Source: Alphaproteobacteria bacterium (lineage in GTDB: Bacteria > Pseudomonadota > Alphaproteobacteria > UBA6615). Taken from it: a stretch of 64,000 bases of DNA. The notes under the pieces are model-generated. The model was not told the DNA's origin, ran no database searches, and saw only the letters and a program-made list of their open reading frames with translations. The translations under genes were made by a program, and so were the position numbers. The stretch is taken from positions 5,319 to 69,318 of the forward strand of contig SHVS01000009.1 of the NCBI GenBank assembly GCA_009694135.1. The letters are read 5' to 3'. The first letter of the stretch is position 1. The number at the start of each line of letters is the position of its first letter. Positions 1-10,380 of the stretch are shown piece after piece.

Positions 1-38
1 TGGTCGAGCGGGTGACCGTTACCCCAGCGAGCGCGTGA
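1..38 (+). CDS. rpsQ: 30S ribosomal protein S17, C-terminal fragment (gene begins upstream of window)
   Basis: Frame open from the window edge to TGA 36-38 (...[11 protein letters not shown]), 10 nt before rplN. The call rests mainly on conserved operon order. Confidence 0.4.
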   Translation, partial: VERVTVTPASA

Positions 39-48
39 GGACCCGTCC

Positions 49-417
49 ATGATCCAGATGCGCACCAATCTCTTGGTCGCCGACAACAGTGGCGCGCGGC
101 GCGTCCAGTGCATCAAGGTGCTGGGCGGATCGAAGCGCAAGACCGCTTCGGTCGGCGACGTGATTGTCGTTTCGATCAAGGACGCGATCCCGCGCGGGCG
201 TGTGAAAAAGGGCGAAGTGCATAAGGCGGTGATCGTGCGCACGGTGCAGGATGTGCATCGCAAGGATGGCACCACCATCCGCTTCGACACCAACGCCGCC
301 GTCCTGATCAACCCGCAAGGCGAGCCGATCGGCACGCGTATTTTTGGGCCGGTGACGCGCGAATTGCGGGCGAAGAAGTACATGAAGATCATCTCGCTCG
401 CGCCGGAGGTCCTCTAA
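49..417 (+). CDS. rplN: 50S ribosomal protein L14
   Basis: 122-aa [30 protein letters not shown]..., a textbook L14 sequence. It heads a contiguous ribosomal-protein gene run. Confidence 0.97.
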   Translation: MIQMRTNLLVADNSGARRVQCIKVLGGSKRKTASVGDVIVVSIKDAIPRGRVKKGEVHKAVIVRTVQDVHRKDGTTIRFDTNAAVLINPQGEPIGTRIFGPVTRELRAKKYMKIISLAPEVL

Positions 418-753
418 ATGGCCGCCAAACTCAAAATCCGCCGCGGCGATCGCGTGATCGTCCGCACCGGCAAGAACAAGGGCCGGGTCGGCGAAGTGCT
501 TAAGGTCATCCCGAAGGAAAATCGGGTGGTCGTGCAGGGCGTCAATATCGTCAAACGGCATCGCGGCGCGCGCCCCAACCTGCCGGGTGGCATCGACGAG
601 CGCGAGGCGCCGATTCATGTTTCCAATGTGGGGATCGTTGATCCGCAGTCGAACAAAGCGACGCGGGTCGGTTTCAAGACCTTGGCCGACGGCAGCAAGG
701 TGCGTGTCGCCAAGCGGTCCGGTGAAGTGATTGCCGAGAAGGAACGCGCATGA
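418..753 (+). CDS. rplX: 50S ribosomal protein L24
   Basis: 111-aa ORF with a KOW-type N-terminus ([17 protein letters not shown]). It starts 1 nt after the rplN stop. Confidence 0.95.
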   Translation: MAAKLKIRRGDRVIVRTGKNKGRVGEVLKVIPKENRVVVQGVNIVKRHRGARPNLPGGIDEREAPIHVSNVGIVDPQSNKATRVGFKTLADGSKVRVAKRSGEVIAEKERA

Positions 754-1292
754 CCACGCGGCTTCAAGAACACTATATCAAGGTCGTCCGGCCCAAGCTG
801 ACGGCCGAGTTCGGCTATGCCAACCGGCACCAGGTGCCGCGCTTGGATAAGATCGTCATCAACATGGGTGTTGGCGAGGTGATCCAGGACGGCAAGAAGT
901 TGGACGCGGCCGTGCGCGACATGACGGCGATCGCCGGGCAGAAGCCGGTGATCACCAAGACGCGCAACTCGATCGCCAATTTCAAGACCCGCGCCGGGAT
1001 GAAGATCGGCTGTAAGGTCACGCTGCGCCGCGCCCAGATGTACGAGTTCCTTGACCGGTTCGTTAACATTGCCCTGCCGCGCGTGCGCGACTTCCGCGGC
1101 GTGAATCCGAAGAGCTTCGACGGCCGCGGCAACTACGCGCTGGGCATCAAGGAGCAGATGATCTTCGCCGAGATCGACTACGACAAGGTCGATGAAGTGC
1201 GCGGCATGGACGTGATCATTTGCACGACGGCCAAGACCGACCGCGAGGCCAAGGCGCTTTTGGCCGCGTTCGACATGCCGTTCGCGACCTAA
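750..1292 (+). CDS. rplE: 50S ribosomal protein L5
   Basis: 180-aa ORF ([13 protein letters not shown]...VINMGVGE...). ATGA overlap with the rplX stop. Confidence 0.97.
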   Translation: MTTRLQEHYIKVVRPKLTAEFGYANRHQVPRLDKIVINMGVGEVIQDGKKLDAAVRDMTAIAGQKPVITKTRNSIANFKTRAGMKIGCKVTLRRAQMYEFLDRFVNIALPRVRDFRGVNPKSFDGRGNYALGIKEQMIFAEIDYDKVDEVRGMDVIICTTAKTDREAKALLAAFDMPFAT

Positions 1293-1324
1293 CGCATAAC
1301 CCTTGTAACGCAGAGACCGGATCC

Positions 1325-1630
1325 ATGGCGAAGGTAAGCTCTGTCGAGAAGAACAATCGGCGCAAGCGCATGGTGAAGCGCTTCGCTTCGGCCCGGGCCA
1401 AGCTCAAGGCGATGGCCAAGGATCAGGCGCTCCGTCCCGAGGAGCGCTTCGCGGCCCGTCTCAAGCTGGCCGAGCTGCCGCGCAACAGTGCGGCGGTGCG
1501 TGTGCGCAATCGGTGTGAATTGACCGGGCGCGCGCGCGGTTACTATCGGAAGCTGCGCGTGTCGCGGCTGATGTTGCGTGAATTGGCTGCGTACGGGCTC
1601 GTGCCCGGCATGGTCAAGTCGAGCTGGTAA
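1325..1630 (+). CDS. rpsN: 30S ribosomal protein S14 (long form)
   Basis: In ORF-track frame 1220-1630, start moved to ATG 1325 ([15 protein letters not shown]...GMVKSSW, 101 aa). Confidence 0.93.
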   Translation: MAKVSSVEKNNRRKRMVKRFASARAKLKAMAKDQALRPEERFAARLKLAELPRNSAAVRVRNRCELTGRARGYYRKLRVSRLMLRELAAYGLVPGMVKSSW

Positions 1631-1669
1631 GATTTTGAGTGAGCTGGAAGTTCTAGGAGGGGCGGCCAT

Positions 1670-2068
1670 ATGGCGCTGAGCGATCCTGTCGGCGATCTTC
1701 TGACCCGAATTCGTAACGGGCAGAGTTGTCGCGACGCCACCGTGAATTCGCCGGCCTCGCGGCTGCGCGTTGCGCTGCTCAACGTGCTGCAGAAGGAAGG
1801 CTACATCCGCGGCTATAGCGAGGCGGAATTGAAGCCGGGCATCCGCGAGCTCACGATCGAGTTGAAGTATCATGAGGGCGAGCCGGTGATCCGCGAGATC
1901 AAGCGGGTCTCTTCGCCCGGACGGCGCGTCTATTCGCAGATCAAGACGCTGCGCCCCGTCCATGGCGGACTCGGGATCGCGATCCTGTCCACGCCGATCG
2001 GCGTGTTGTCGGATGCGGACGCGCGCGCGGCCAATGTCGGTGGCGAAGTTCTGTGTCAAGTCTTCTAA
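1670..2068 (+). CDS. rpsH: 30S ribosomal protein S8
   Basis: 132-aa ORF MALSDPVGDLLTRIRNG... Confidence 0.96.
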   Translation: MALSDPVGDLLTRIRNGQSCRDATVNSPASRLRVALLNVLQKEGYIRGYSEAELKPGIRELTIELKYHEGEPVIREIKRVSSPGRRVYSQIKTLRPVHGGLGIAILSTPIGVLSDADARAANVGGEVLCQVF

Positions 2069-2111
2069 GGGCTGACGTCAGGATGCAGACCGAAATGGGA
2101 AGGGCGTAGAG

Positions 2112-2645
2112 ATGTCGCGGGTTGGTAGAAACCCTGTCGCGGTTCCAAGCGGAGTCGTGGTGCAGGTGGCGGGACAGACCGTGACCGCCAAGGGCAAGTT
2201 CGGCGAGATGCGTCACGAAGTGACGCCCACGATCGAGGTGAAGCTCGACGACGGTAAGCTGTGGGTCAAGCCACGGACCGATAGCTCGCGCCTGCGTCCG
2301 ATTTGGGGCACCGAGCGCGCCTTGTTGAAAAATTTAGTGCAGGGCGTCGGTGCTGGCTTCCAGCGCGCGCTGGTGATCAACGGCGTCGGCTTCCGCGCCG
2401 CGGCCCAGGGCAAAGTGCTCACGCTCCAACTCGGCTTCAGCCATGATGTCACCTACAAGCCGGCCGATGGTCTGACGGTCACCTGCACGACACCGCAGAA
2501 CATCACCATTGCTGGCGCCGACCGGCAGAAGGTCGGTCAGGCGGCGGCGGAAATCCGCGCCCTGCGCAAGCCCGAGCCGTATAAGGGCAAGGGTATCCGC
2601 TTCGCCGAGGAGACGGTGCTGCGCAAGGAAGGCAAGAAGAAATGA
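2112..2645 (+). CDS. rplF: 50S ribosomal protein L6
   Basis: 177-aa [18 protein letters not shown]..., ending ...[10 protein letters not shown]. Confidence 0.96.
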   Translation: MSRVGRNPVAVPSGVVVQVAGQTVTAKGKFGEMRHEVTPTIEVKLDDGKLWVKPRTDSSRLRPIWGTERALLKNLVQGVGAGFQRALVINGVGFRAAAQGKVLTLQLGFSHDVTYKPADGLTVTCTTPQNITIAGADRQKVGQAAAEIRALRKPEPYKGKGIRFAEETVLRKEGKKK

Positions 2646-3007
2646 CCGGTCATACCGAAAAGCTGTTCACGCGCCGGCGCGCGCGCACCCGGGCCAAGCT
2701 CAGGAAGCAGGGCCAGGGGCGTCCGCGGCTCAGCGTATTCCGCTCGGGACGGCACATTTATGTGCAGGTCATCGACGACGGTCAGAGCCGTACGCTTGCC
2801 GCCGCGTCCACGCTCGATGCGGATCTCAAGGGCAAGCTCAAGAAGACTTCGGATATTGGCGCCGCCAAGGAAGTGGGCAAGCTGATCGCGACCCGCGCCG
2901 TGGCCGCCGGAGTTACCGACGTGGTCTTCGACCGCGGCGGTTTTCGCTACCACGGCCGGGTGAAGGCCCTGGCCGATGCAGCCCGCGAAGGCGGGCTTAA
3001 GTTCTAG
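2642..3007 (+). CDS. rplR: 50S ribosomal protein L18
   Basis: 121-aa ORF ending ...[30 protein letters not shown] overlap with rplF. Confidence 0.95.
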   Translation: MTGHTEKLFTRRRARTRAKLRKQGQGRPRLSVFRSGRHIYVQVIDDGQSRTLAAASTLDADLKGKLKKTSDIGAAKEVGKLIATRAVAAGVTDVVFDRGGFRYHGRVKALADAAREGGLKF

Positions 3008-3021
3008 GAAAGGCAGGGCCG

Positions 3022-3597
3022 ATGGCACAGCAGGGACGCGGGCGGCGCGGCGAACGCGGCGGGCAACGCGAGCGCGCAGAGTCCGACCTGCAGGAGAAGC
3101 TGGTCAGCATCAACCGCGTCGCCAAGGTGGTGAAGGGCGGTCGGCGCTTCGGCTTCGCCGCAGTGATCGTGGTCGGCGACGGGAAGGGCCGTGTCGGTTT
3201 CGGCACCGGCAAGGCGCGTGAAGTGCCGGAGGCGATCCGCAAGGCGACCGAGCAGGCGAAGCGCGACATGATGCGCGTGCCGCTGCGCGAAGGCCGCACC
3301 CTGCACCACGACATCGATGGCTATTACGGGGCGAGCAAAGTCACCCTACGCGCGGCCGAGGCCGGCACCGGCATCATCGCCGGCGGCGCCGTGCGCGCGA
3401 TTTTTGAATGCATGGGCGCCAAGGACGTGGTCACCAAGTCGATCGGCACGACCAACCCGCATAATGTGATCAAGGCGACGTTCAGCGCGCTCAAGAACCT
3501 AACCTCGCCGCGTGCGGTCGCCAGCCGGCGCGGTCTGAAAGTCAGCGAAGTCCTGGCGCGGCGTGGCGGCGACGAGAGCGCCGAGGCGAGGGAGTAG
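3022..3597 (+). CDS. rpsE: 30S ribosomal protein S5
   Basis: 191-aa ORF containing [27 protein letters not shown]. Confidence 0.95.
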   Translation: MAQQGRGRRGERGGQRERAESDLQEKLVSINRVAKVVKGGRRFGFAAVIVVGDGKGRVGFGTGKAREVPEAIRKATEQAKRDMMRVPLREGRTLHHDIDGYYGASKVTLRAAEAGTGIIAGGAVRAIFECMGAKDVVTKSIGTTNPHNVIKATFSALKNLTSPRAVASRRGLKVSEVLARRGGDESAEARE

Positions 3598-3600
3598 GTC

Positions 3601-3861
3601 ATGGCTAAGGCGACGACCAAGGCTCAGGGTACAAAAGCAAAGGTCAAGGCTGCGCCCAAGGTGGCGAAGGCCAAGAGCACGAAACCGATGATTAAAGTGA
3701 CGCGGATGCGGAGCGCGATCGGCCGGCGTTACGATCAAGAGCAGTCGCTGCGTGGGCTGGGACTCAGCCGGCGCGGCATGAGCAAGCTGGTCGAGGATAC
3801 GCCTTCGATCCGCGGCATGATCAACCGGGTCAAGCATCTGGTCGTGGTCGAGCAGGCTTAG
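3601..3861 (+). CDS. rpmD: 50S ribosomal protein L30 (with a Lys/Ala-rich N-terminal extension)
   Basis: 86-aa ORF with an L30 core (IKVTRMRSAIGRRYDQEQSLRGLGL) and the conserved position after rpsE. Confidence 0.9.
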   Translation: MAKATTKAQGTKAKVKAAPKVAKAKSTKPMIKVTRMRSAIGRRYDQEQSLRGLGLSRRGMSKLVEDTPSIRGMINRVKHLVVVEQA

Positions 3862-3969
3862 GCGCTAAATTTAGGTCCGCTTCCGGCACTACGGAGCGGA
3901 CGGCAGAGGTTGCAGGTTTGGTCCCCGCTGCCCACATCGTGGCGCGGGCCCTTGGCAAGGAAGCGGCGG

Positions 3970-4533
3970 ATGCGGCTCAACGAAATCAGAGACAATAAGG
4001 GCGCGCGCAAGAAGCGCATGCGCGTCGCGCGTGGCATCGGCTCGGGCAAGAAGAAGACCGGCGGTCGTGGGCAGAAGGGGCAGTTGTCCCGCTCGGGCGT
4101 GCACATGAACGGCTTCGAAGGCGGGCAGATCCCGATTTTCCGCCGCTTGCCCAAGCGCGGGTTCTTCAATCACGCTGGCTTGGATTTCAGCGAGTTGACG
4201 CTCAAGGATTTGCAGCGCGCGATCGATAGCAAGCAGATCGACGCCAAGAAGCCGCTCGACGAAAAGTCGCTGCGGACGGCCCGCGTTATTCGCCAGCGCA
4301 AGGATGGCATCCGGCTGATCGGCAAGGATGGGCTCAAGGCCAAGGTAACGATCACGGTCGCTGGTGCGAGCGCCGGCGCCGCAGCCGCCGTCGCGGCTGC
4401 TGGCGGCACGCTCACGATCGAGGCGCCGCGCAAGGTGCAGGCCGCGCTGGCCGAGGCCGCCGAGCCCAAGGGCAAGCGGGGATTGCGCCGCAAGGCGGCC
4501 ACGGCGAAGAACGAGGCCCGCTTCGCGAGCTAG
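3970..4533 (+). CDS. rplO: 50S ribosomal protein L15
   Basis: In frame 3910-4533, start moved to ATG 3970 ([34 protein letters not shown]), preceded by AAGGAAG. Confidence 0.93.
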   Translation: MRLNEIRDNKGARKKRMRVARGIGSGKKKTGGRGQKGQLSRSGVHMNGFEGGQIPIFRRLPKRGFFNHAGLDFSELTLKDLQRAIDSKQIDAKKPLDEKSLRTARVIRQRKDGIRLIGKDGLKAKVTITVAGASAGAAAAVAAAGGTLTIEAPRKVQAALAEAAEPKGKRGLRRKAATAKNEARFAS

Positions 4534-4613
4534 CCGTCGCGGCGTTGGCGGGGATGCTCCGGTTTCATGGGGCGGGCAGTTGAGGCCGCGGTGCGGGTTT
4601 TGAGGGAGTAGTC

Positions 4614-5954
4614 ATGGCATCCGCCGCCGAACAGCTCGTCGCCAATCTCAATCTCGGGGCCTTTGGCAAGGCGACCGAGCTCAAGAACCGGATCTGGTTC
4701 ACGCTCGCCTGCTTGGTTGTATACCGGCTCGGCACCTATATCCCGATGCCGGGGATCGATCCGGCCGTCATTCGCGACATATTTAGCCGACCATCGGGCA
4801 TCGTCGGCATGGTCGACGCTTTTGCCGGCGGCGCCCTCAGCCGCATGAGTATCTTCGCTCTCGGCATCATGCCGTACATCTCGGCCTCGATCATTCTCCA
4901 ACTCATGTCGGCCGTATCGCCGCAGCTCGAAGCGCTGCGCAAGGAAGGCGAGGCCGGGCGTAAGAAGATCAACCAGTACACGCGCTATTCGACCGTAATC
5001 CTCGCTATCATGCAGGGTTTCGGTATCGCGATGAGCCTCGAAGGCACGACCGGTACGGGCGGTGCGGCCGTGATCGATCCGGGCTTCGTCTTTCGGCTGA
5101 CAACGGTGATCACCGTCGTCGGCGCCACGCTGTTCCTGATGTGGCTTGGCGAGCAGATCACAGCGCGCGGCGTGGGCAATGGCATCTCGCTGATCATTTT
5201 CTCCGGCATCGTCGCCAATATTCCGGTATCGACGGGCGAGATTCTCGAGCTTGGCCGTACCGGCGGCATGTCGGTGATCACCATCCTCGCGCTGATTATC
5301 GGCGGCATCGGCGTGATCGGCGCGATCGTCTTTCTTGAACGCGCGCAGCGGCGGATCATCGTGCAGTATCCCAAGCGTCAGGTCGGGACCAAGATGTTCG
5401 GCGGCGAGGCGAGCCATCTGCCCCTCAAGCTCAATACTTCGGGCGTGATTCCGCCGATTTTCGCCTCGTCGCTGCTGCTGTTGCCGGTGACGGTCGCCGG
5501 TTTCTCGGGCACCTCCGGCCCGGAGTGGCTCGCGGATATCAATGTCTATCTCGGCAGCGGGCAGCCGCTGTTCCTTGCGCTGTATGTCGCGCTGATCGTG
5601 TTCTTTGCCTTTTTCTATACCGCCATCATCTTCAATCCGACAGACACGGCGGATAATCTGAAGAAATACGGCGGGTTCATTCCCGGCATTCGCCCAGGCA
5701 AGAACACGGCCGACTATTTCGACTATGTCCTTACGCGGCTGACGGTGGTCGGCGCCGCTTATCTGGCTGGCATCTGCGTCTTGCCCGAGTATCTGATCGG
5801 CGGCATCGGCGTGCCGTTCTATTTTGGCGGAACGAGCCTCTTGATCGTGGTGTCGGTGACTATGGATACGGTCTCCCAGATCCAAGGGCATCTGCTGGCG
5901 CACCAATACGAAGGCCTGATCCGCAAATCCAAGCTGCGCGGGCGGCGCGGGTGA
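4614..5954 (+). CDS. secY: Preprotein translocase subunit SecY
   Basis: 446-aa polytopic membrane ORF with a SecY-like N-terminus (...ELKNRIWFTLACLVVYRLGTYIPMPGID) in the spc-operon position. Confidence 0.97.
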   Translation: MASAAEQLVANLNLGAFGKATELKNRIWFTLACLVVYRLGTYIPMPGIDPAVIRDIFSRPSGIVGMVDAFAGGALSRMSIFALGIMPYISASIILQLMSAVSPQLEALRKEGEAGRKKINQYTRYSTVILAIMQGFGIAMSLEGTTGTGGAAVIDPGFVFRLTTVITVVGATLFLMWLGEQITARGVGNGISLIIFSGIVANIPVSTGEILELGRTGGMSVITILALIIGGIGVIGAIVFLERAQRRIIVQYPKRQVGTKMFGGEASHLPLKLNTSGVIPPIFASSLLLLPVTVAGFSGTSGPEWLADINVYLGSGQPLFLALYVALIVFFAFFYTAIIFNPTDTADNLKKYGGFIPGIRPGKNTADYFDYVLTRLTVVGAAYLAGICVLPEYLIGGIGVPFYFGGTSLLIVVSVTMDTVSQIQGHLLAHQYEGLIRKSKLRGRRG

Positions 5955-6598
5955 ACCTGATCTTCCTCGGCCCGCCGGGGGCAGGTAAGGGTACCCAGGC
6001 GCAAAGGCTCGAAAAGGAAGCCGGCGCGCGCCAGCTGTCCACCGGCGACATGTTGCGGGAAGCGGTCGCCTCAGGCAGCGAGATCGGCCGGCGCGCCAAG
6101 GCGATCATGGATAAAGGCGAGCTGGTTTCGGACGAGGTGGTGATCGGCATCGTCGGGGAACGCCTCGGGCAAGAGCGTCAGGGGTTCATCCTCGATGGCT
6201 TCCCGCGCACGGTCGCGCAGGCCGAGGCGCTGGATCGGCTCCTGGCCGAGAAAAAGCTGAAGCTCGACCGGGTGGTCGAGTTCGCGGTCGATGATGAGGC
6301 GCTGGTCGATCGCCTGAGCGGCCGCTTCAACTGCAAGTCCTGCGGCGCTATGTATCACGACCGGCACAAGCGGCCTAAGGTCGCAGGGTTGTGCGATCGC
6401 TGCGGGGGGCGCGAATTCCTGCGCCGGCCGGACGACAATCCGGAGACGATCCGTACCCGTCTGGCGGCCTATGCGCGGCAAACCGCGCCGCTTTTACCAT
6501 ACTATCGCGGGAAGGGGCTGCTGTTGACGGTCGATGGGATGGCCGATATCGCCCAGGTGGCCGGATTAATCGATCGGGCGCTGGGGCAGAAGGGATAG
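5951..6598 (+). CDS. adk: Adenylate kinase (Cys4 lid type)
   Basis: 215-aa ORF with P-loop GPPGAGKGTQ and a lid reading CKSCG...CDRCGG. GTG start overlaps the secY stop. Confidence 0.96.
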   Translation: MNLIFLGPPGAGKGTQAQRLEKEAGARQLSTGDMLREAVASGSEIGRRAKAIMDKGELVSDEVVIGIVGERLGQERQGFILDGFPRTVAQAEALDRLLAEKKLKLDRVVEFAVDDEALVDRLSGRFNCKSCGAMYHDRHKRPKVAGLCDRCGGREFLRRPDDNPETIRTRLAAYARQTAPLLPYYRGKGLLLTVDGMADIAQVAGLIDRALGQKG

Positions 6599-6610
6599 CG
6601 CGATCGGCCG

Positions 6611-6638
6611 TTGACCGACCGGCGTGCTCACCTATAAT
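6611..6638 (+). promoter_or_regulatory. Candidate sigma-70 promoter of the rpsM-rpsK-rpoA-rplQ operon
   Basis: TTGACC (6611-6616), 16-nt spacer, TATAAT (6633-6638) in the adk-rpsM spacer. This would give a leader of roughly 160 nt before rpsM. Confidence 0.45.
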
Positions 6639-6804
6639 CGGTTGCCTTTCCGCCCGGAGGAGTCGCGGTAGGCTGCGCCTGTGCAGGAGCGGGCGTCAGG
6701 AGCTGGTCATTCGCCGCGTAGTTTACGGTCGGCCGACGGACTAGAGACTGAGCACGCTGTGACCGAGCCCGGCCGCAGATCGCTCGCAGACAGTGAGGAC
6801 CACA

Positions 6805-7176
6805 GTGGCTCGTATCGCGGGCGTGAATATTCCGACCCAGAAGCGCACTCATGTCGCGCTGACCTATATCCATGGGATTGGGCCGAGGCTGGCGAAGGAA
6901 ATCATCACCAAGTGCAATATTCCGGAATCGCGCCGGGTGCAGGAACTGAGCGAAAGCGAAGTCATCCGCATCCGTGAAGTGATCGACCGCGACTACACCG
7001 TCGAAGGCGATCTGCGCCGCGATGTGGCCATGAATATCAAGCGGCTGATGGATCTCGGCTGCTACCGTGGGCTGCGTCACCGCAAGGGTCTGCCGGTCCG
7101 CGGCCAGCGCACGCACACCAACGCGCGCACCCGCAAGGGCAAGGCGCGTCCGATCGCCGCCAAGAAGAAAGCCTAA
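6805..7176 (+). CDS. rpsM: 30S ribosomal protein S13
   Basis: In frame 6793-7176, GTG 6805 is preferred ([10 protein letters not shown]...) because GAGGA lies 4-5 nt upstream. Confidence 0.95.
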   Translation: MARIAGVNIPTQKRTHVALTYIHGIGPRLAKEIITKCNIPESRRVQELSESEVIRIREVIDRDYTVEGDLRRDVAMNIKRLMDLGCYRGLRHRKGLPVRGQRTHTNARTRKGKARPIAAKKKA

Positions 7177-7208
7177 GTTTCACCGCCGACCGCCTGGAGC
7201 ATTGAAGT

Positions 7209-7634
7209 ATGGCCAAGCCGCCAGCCGCTGCCGCCGCTGCACAGACCGGCGCACCAGCCGCCCGCGCGCGCAAGCGCGAGCGTAAGAACATCACATCGGG
7301 TGTGGCGCATGTGAATGCGAGCTTCAACAACACCAAGGTCACGATCACGGACGCGCAGGGCAACACGATCGCCTGGTCGAGTTCCGGCACCAAGGGTTTC
7401 AAGGGCTCACGCAAGTCGACGCCGTTCGCCGCGCAAATGGCGGCCGAAGACGCCGGCAAGAAGGCGCAGGAGCACGGTGTGCGCCAGATCTCGGTGTTGG
7501 TGAAGGGCCCGGGCTCGGGTCGCGAATCGGCTCTGCGCGCCTTGCAGGCGGTCGGTTTTGAAATCAGCTCGATCCGCGATGTGACGCCGGTTCCGCATAA
7601 TGGGTGTCGTCCGCCCAAGCGTCGGCGTGTCTAA
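7209..7634 (+). CDS. rpsK: 30S ribosomal protein S11 (Ala-rich N-terminal extension)
   Basis: 141-aa ORF containing [22 protein letters not shown]... Confidence 0.95.
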   Translation: MAKPPAAAAAAQTGAPAARARKRERKNITSGVAHVNASFNNTKVTITDAQGNTIAWSSSGTKGFKGSRKSTPFAAQMAAEDAGKKAQEHGVRQISVLVKGPGSGRESALRALQAVGFEISSIRDVTPVPHNGCRPPKRRRV

Positions 7635-7914
7635 CTGCCGGCGACGAGACGAACCGCGCCGAAACTCGAAGCGAGTATTCCGCCAAACTTCCTAACCCGG
7701 TCAGGGATGAACATTCCGGGAGCGGTTTCACCAGCGTTCTGCGGCCAAGAAGCGGCGCGGAGCGCACAAGCAAGCAATTCCCGGTCCCGTTGGGGGCCGG
7801 GCCGAATGCGGGACGCCACGCCGATGAGGGCAAGCCAAGGACCCTCGCGGCGCCCAATACCGTTCTTGGAACTCAAGGTCGCAGCGCAGCGGCCATCGCC
7901 TATGGAGGCAGCAC

Positions 7915-8952
7915 TTGAAGCAAAACGTTTCCGCGCTGCAGAAGAATTGGACTGAGCTGATCAAGCCGCCGCGGCTCGATGTCACGCACGGGGCGCGCCA
8001 AGGGCGCGATGCGACCATCGTGGCTGAGCCGATCGAACGCGGCTTTGGGCTGACGCTCGGCAATGCTCTGCGCCGCGTGCTGCTGTCCGCCTTGCGCGGG
8101 GCGGCAGTGACGGCGATCAAGATCGAGGGCGTTCTGCACGAATTCTCGTCGATTCCGGGCGTGCGCGAGGACGTGACCGACGTCGTGCTCAACGTAAAGC
8201 AGATGGCTTTGCGCATGCATGGCGAAGGCCCGCGACGCATGACGCTGACCGCGACCGGTCCCGGCGAGGTCAAGGCCTCGCAGATCGAGACGGGGCACGA
8301 CATCGAGATCATGAATCCCGATCACGTACTCATGACGCTCGACCAGGGCGCGCGTATCGTCATGGAACTGACGGTTGAATCCGGCAAGGGCTACGTCCCC
8401 GGCTCGCAGCATCGCGGCCAGGACGATCCGATCGGCCTGATCCCGGTCGATGCCCTGTTCAGCCCGGTCCGCAAGGTCGCCTATCAGGTCGGCAGCGCGC
8501 GCGTCGCCGAGCGTACCGACCTCGACAAGCTGACGTTGCATGTTGAGACCAACGGCGCCCTCACGCCGGAGGATGCGGTGGCGCTGGCGGCTCGTATTCT
8601 GCAGGACCAGCTGCACCTGTTCGTCAATTTCGAGGAGCCGAAACAGGCCCCGGTCGTGGAAGCGCACGAGGAAGAACTTGCCTTCAACCGCAATTTGTTG
8701 CGCAAGGTTGATGAGCTTGAACTTTCGGTTCGCTCGGCTAACTGTCTGAAAAACGATAATATTATCTACATCGGCGACTTGGTGCAGAAGACCGAGCAGG
8801 AAATGCTCCGGACGCCCAATTTCGGTCGCAAGTCCTTGAACGAAATTAAGGAAGTGCTGTCGCAGATGGGCCTGCATCTGGGGATGGAAATTCCCAACTG
8901 GCCGCCGGAAAATATCGAGGAGTTGGCCAAACGGATGGAAGAGCCGTTCTAG
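7915..8952 (+). CDS. rpoA: DNA-directed RNA polymerase subunit alpha
   Basis: 345-aa ORF ([14 protein letters not shown]...; C-terminal domain [22 protein letters not shown]). TTG start with GGAGG 6 nt upstream. Confidence 0.96.
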   Translation: MKQNVSALQKNWTELIKPPRLDVTHGARQGRDATIVAEPIERGFGLTLGNALRRVLLSALRGAAVTAIKIEGVLHEFSSIPGVREDVTDVVLNVKQMALRMHGEGPRRMTLTATGPGEVKASQIETGHDIEIMNPDHVLMTLDQGARIVMELTVESGKGYVPGSQHRGQDDPIGLIPVDALFSPVRKVAYQVGSARVAERTDLDKLTLHVETNGALTPEDAVALAARILQDQLHLFVNFEEPKQAPVVEAHEEELAFNRNLLRKVDELELSVRSANCLKNDNIIYIGDLVQKTEQEMLRTPNFGRKSLNEIKEVLSQMGLHLGMEIPNWPPENIEELAKRMEEPF

Positions 8953-9040
8953 CTCTTTGATCTGAATCCTGTACCTGGCGCGGCGTGGGCGATATGGTCC
9001 GCGCCGCAGCCTTCGTGACCGAAGTTTAAGAGGCAGTCAG

Positions 9041-9478
9041 ATGCGCCACGGATTTAAGGGTCGTCGTTTCAACCGTTCGAGCTCGCATCGGCGCGCTATG
9101 TTCAAGAACATGGCAGCGGCGCTGATCAAGCATGAGCAAATCACCACGACCTTGCCAAAGGCCAAGGACTTGCGGCGCGTCGTTGATAAGCTGGTCACGA
9201 TCGGCAAGCGCGGCGGGCTGCATGCGCGCCGTCAGGCGATTTCCGCCCTGCAAGACACCTCGCTGGCGGAGAAACTCGTCACCATCCTGGCGCAGCGCTA
9301 CAAGGACCGTAAAGGCGGCTACACCCGCGTGTACAAGGCCGGCTTCCGCTATGGCGACAACGCGCCGATGGCGGTGATCGAGCTGGTTGATCGCGACCCG
9401 GCCGCCAAGGGCCTGGACTCCGGCCCGCGTCAGGTCGTTAAGCGCTCCGAAGAGGAGAAAGTGGAGGCGGCCGCCTGA
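9041..9478 (+). CDS. rplQ: 50S ribosomal protein L17
   Basis: 145-aa [49 protein letters not shown]. Confidence 0.95.
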   Translation: MRHGFKGRRFNRSSSHRRAMFKNMAAALIKHEQITTTLPKAKDLRRVVDKLVTIGKRGGLHARRQAISALQDTSLAEKLVTILAQRYKDRKGGYTRVYKAGFRYGDNAPMAVIELVDRDPAAKGLDSGPRQVVKRSEEEKVEAAA

Positions 9479-9609
9479 CGGCGAGCGCGCCTCACACGAC
9501 TCTCCGCGGTCGCCTCGCGCGCGTCGCGGGGAGCAAGATTGCCTGCGGCGTTGCCCTCCTCCTGATCCTTTGCGGCGGGGCCGCGGATGGCGCCGCCCAG
9601 CCGCTGCCT

Positions 9610-10380
9610 GTGGTGCCGGGCACGGCGGCCGAGATCAAGCTCAGCTTCGCCCCGCTGGTGAAGAAGGCGGCTCCGACCGTCGTCAACGTCCTCACCCGCA
9701 CGCCGACCACGCAGCAACCGGCGCTACTTGAAGACCCGTTCTTCCGCCGCTTTTTTGGTGATGATACGCCGCTAGCGCCGCCCCGCGAACGCGAGCAGAC
9801 GTCGCTCGGCTCGGGCGTGATCGTGCAGCCTGACGGGCTGATCGTGACCAACCATCACGTCATTGCCGGCGCCGACGAAGTCACGGTCGTGCTGTGGGAC
9901 CGGCGCGAATTCAAGGCCGGGGAGGTGCGCGATGACCAGCGGACCGACATCGCCGTCTTGCGCATTGCCGTGAACGGGAAGGCGCTGCCGTTCCTTGAAT
10001 TGGCCGACAGCGATGCGCTTGAAGTGGGCGATCTGATCCTGGCGATCGGCAATCTGTTTGGTGTCGGCCAGACGGTGACTTCGGGAATCATCTCGGCGCT
10101 CGCCCGCAACAATGTCGGTATCGCCGATTACAATTTCTTTATCCAAACGGATGCCGCGATCAATCCAGGCAATTCAGGCGGCGTGCTGGTGACCACTGTT
10201 CAGCGCGGGTCGAGCGCCGCGCGGCTTGGCATCCAGCCGGGCGACATCGTACTGACGATCAATGGCAATGACGCCGGCGACGTCGCCGCCCTGCAACGGT
10301 TGCTGCGGAACGGCACCGGACGCTGGCAGGTGACGGTCAGGCGCGGCGAGCGCGTGCTGACCGCCTCGGTGACCGGATGA
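9610..10380 (+). CDS. HtrA/DegP-family serine protease, truncated (internal deletion, no canonical start for its signal peptide; possible pseudogene)
   Basis: His (TNHHV), Asp (TDIAVLRI) and Ser (GNSGG) are present, but GNSGG runs directly into a PDZ-like segment (VLVTTVQRGSSAARLGIQPGDIV). A signal-peptide-like stretch is in frame upstream (9475-9609) without an ATG/GTG/TTG. Confidence 0.7.
   Translation: MVPGTAAEIKLSFAPLVKKAAPTVVNVLTRTPTTQQPALLEDPFFRRFFGDDTPLAPPREREQTSLGSGVIVQPDGLIVTNHHVIAGADEVTVVLWDRREFKAGEVRDDQRTDIAVLRIAVNGKALPFLELADSDALEVGDLILAIGNLFGVGQTVTSGIISALARNNVGIADYNFFIQTDAAINPGNSGGVLVTTVQRGSSAARLGIQPGDIVLTINGNDAGDVAALQRLLRNGTGRWQVTVRRGERVLTASVTG

Noticed and set aside
4530-5906. 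458-aa ORF antisense to secY. Similar long antisense ORFs lie at 7900-8877 (rpoA), 20219-21541 (copA), 26292-27515 (dehydrogenase), 27670-29319 (spanning three genes), 31286-32236 (galU), 37659-39179 (clpA), 43980-45614 (accC) and 56547-57767 (the substrate-binding protein gene).
   Set aside because: These have Arg/Ala/Gly/Asp-rich low-complexity translations opposite genes with unmistakable products. This is the normal stop-codon-poor antisense artefact of high-GC DNA. None shows a recognisable domain.
7635-7914. Unusually long (280-nt) rpsK-rpoA spacer with overlapping small ORFs (7604-7918, 7707-7955, 7631-7876).
   Set aside because: The ORFs lack codon bias and ribosome-binding sites. 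I could not find a convincing conserved hairpin or repeat. It is probably an untranslated intercistronic leader. The same applies to the 108-nt rpmD-rplO spacer, which has one 7-bp hairpin (GTCCGCT...AGCGGAC).
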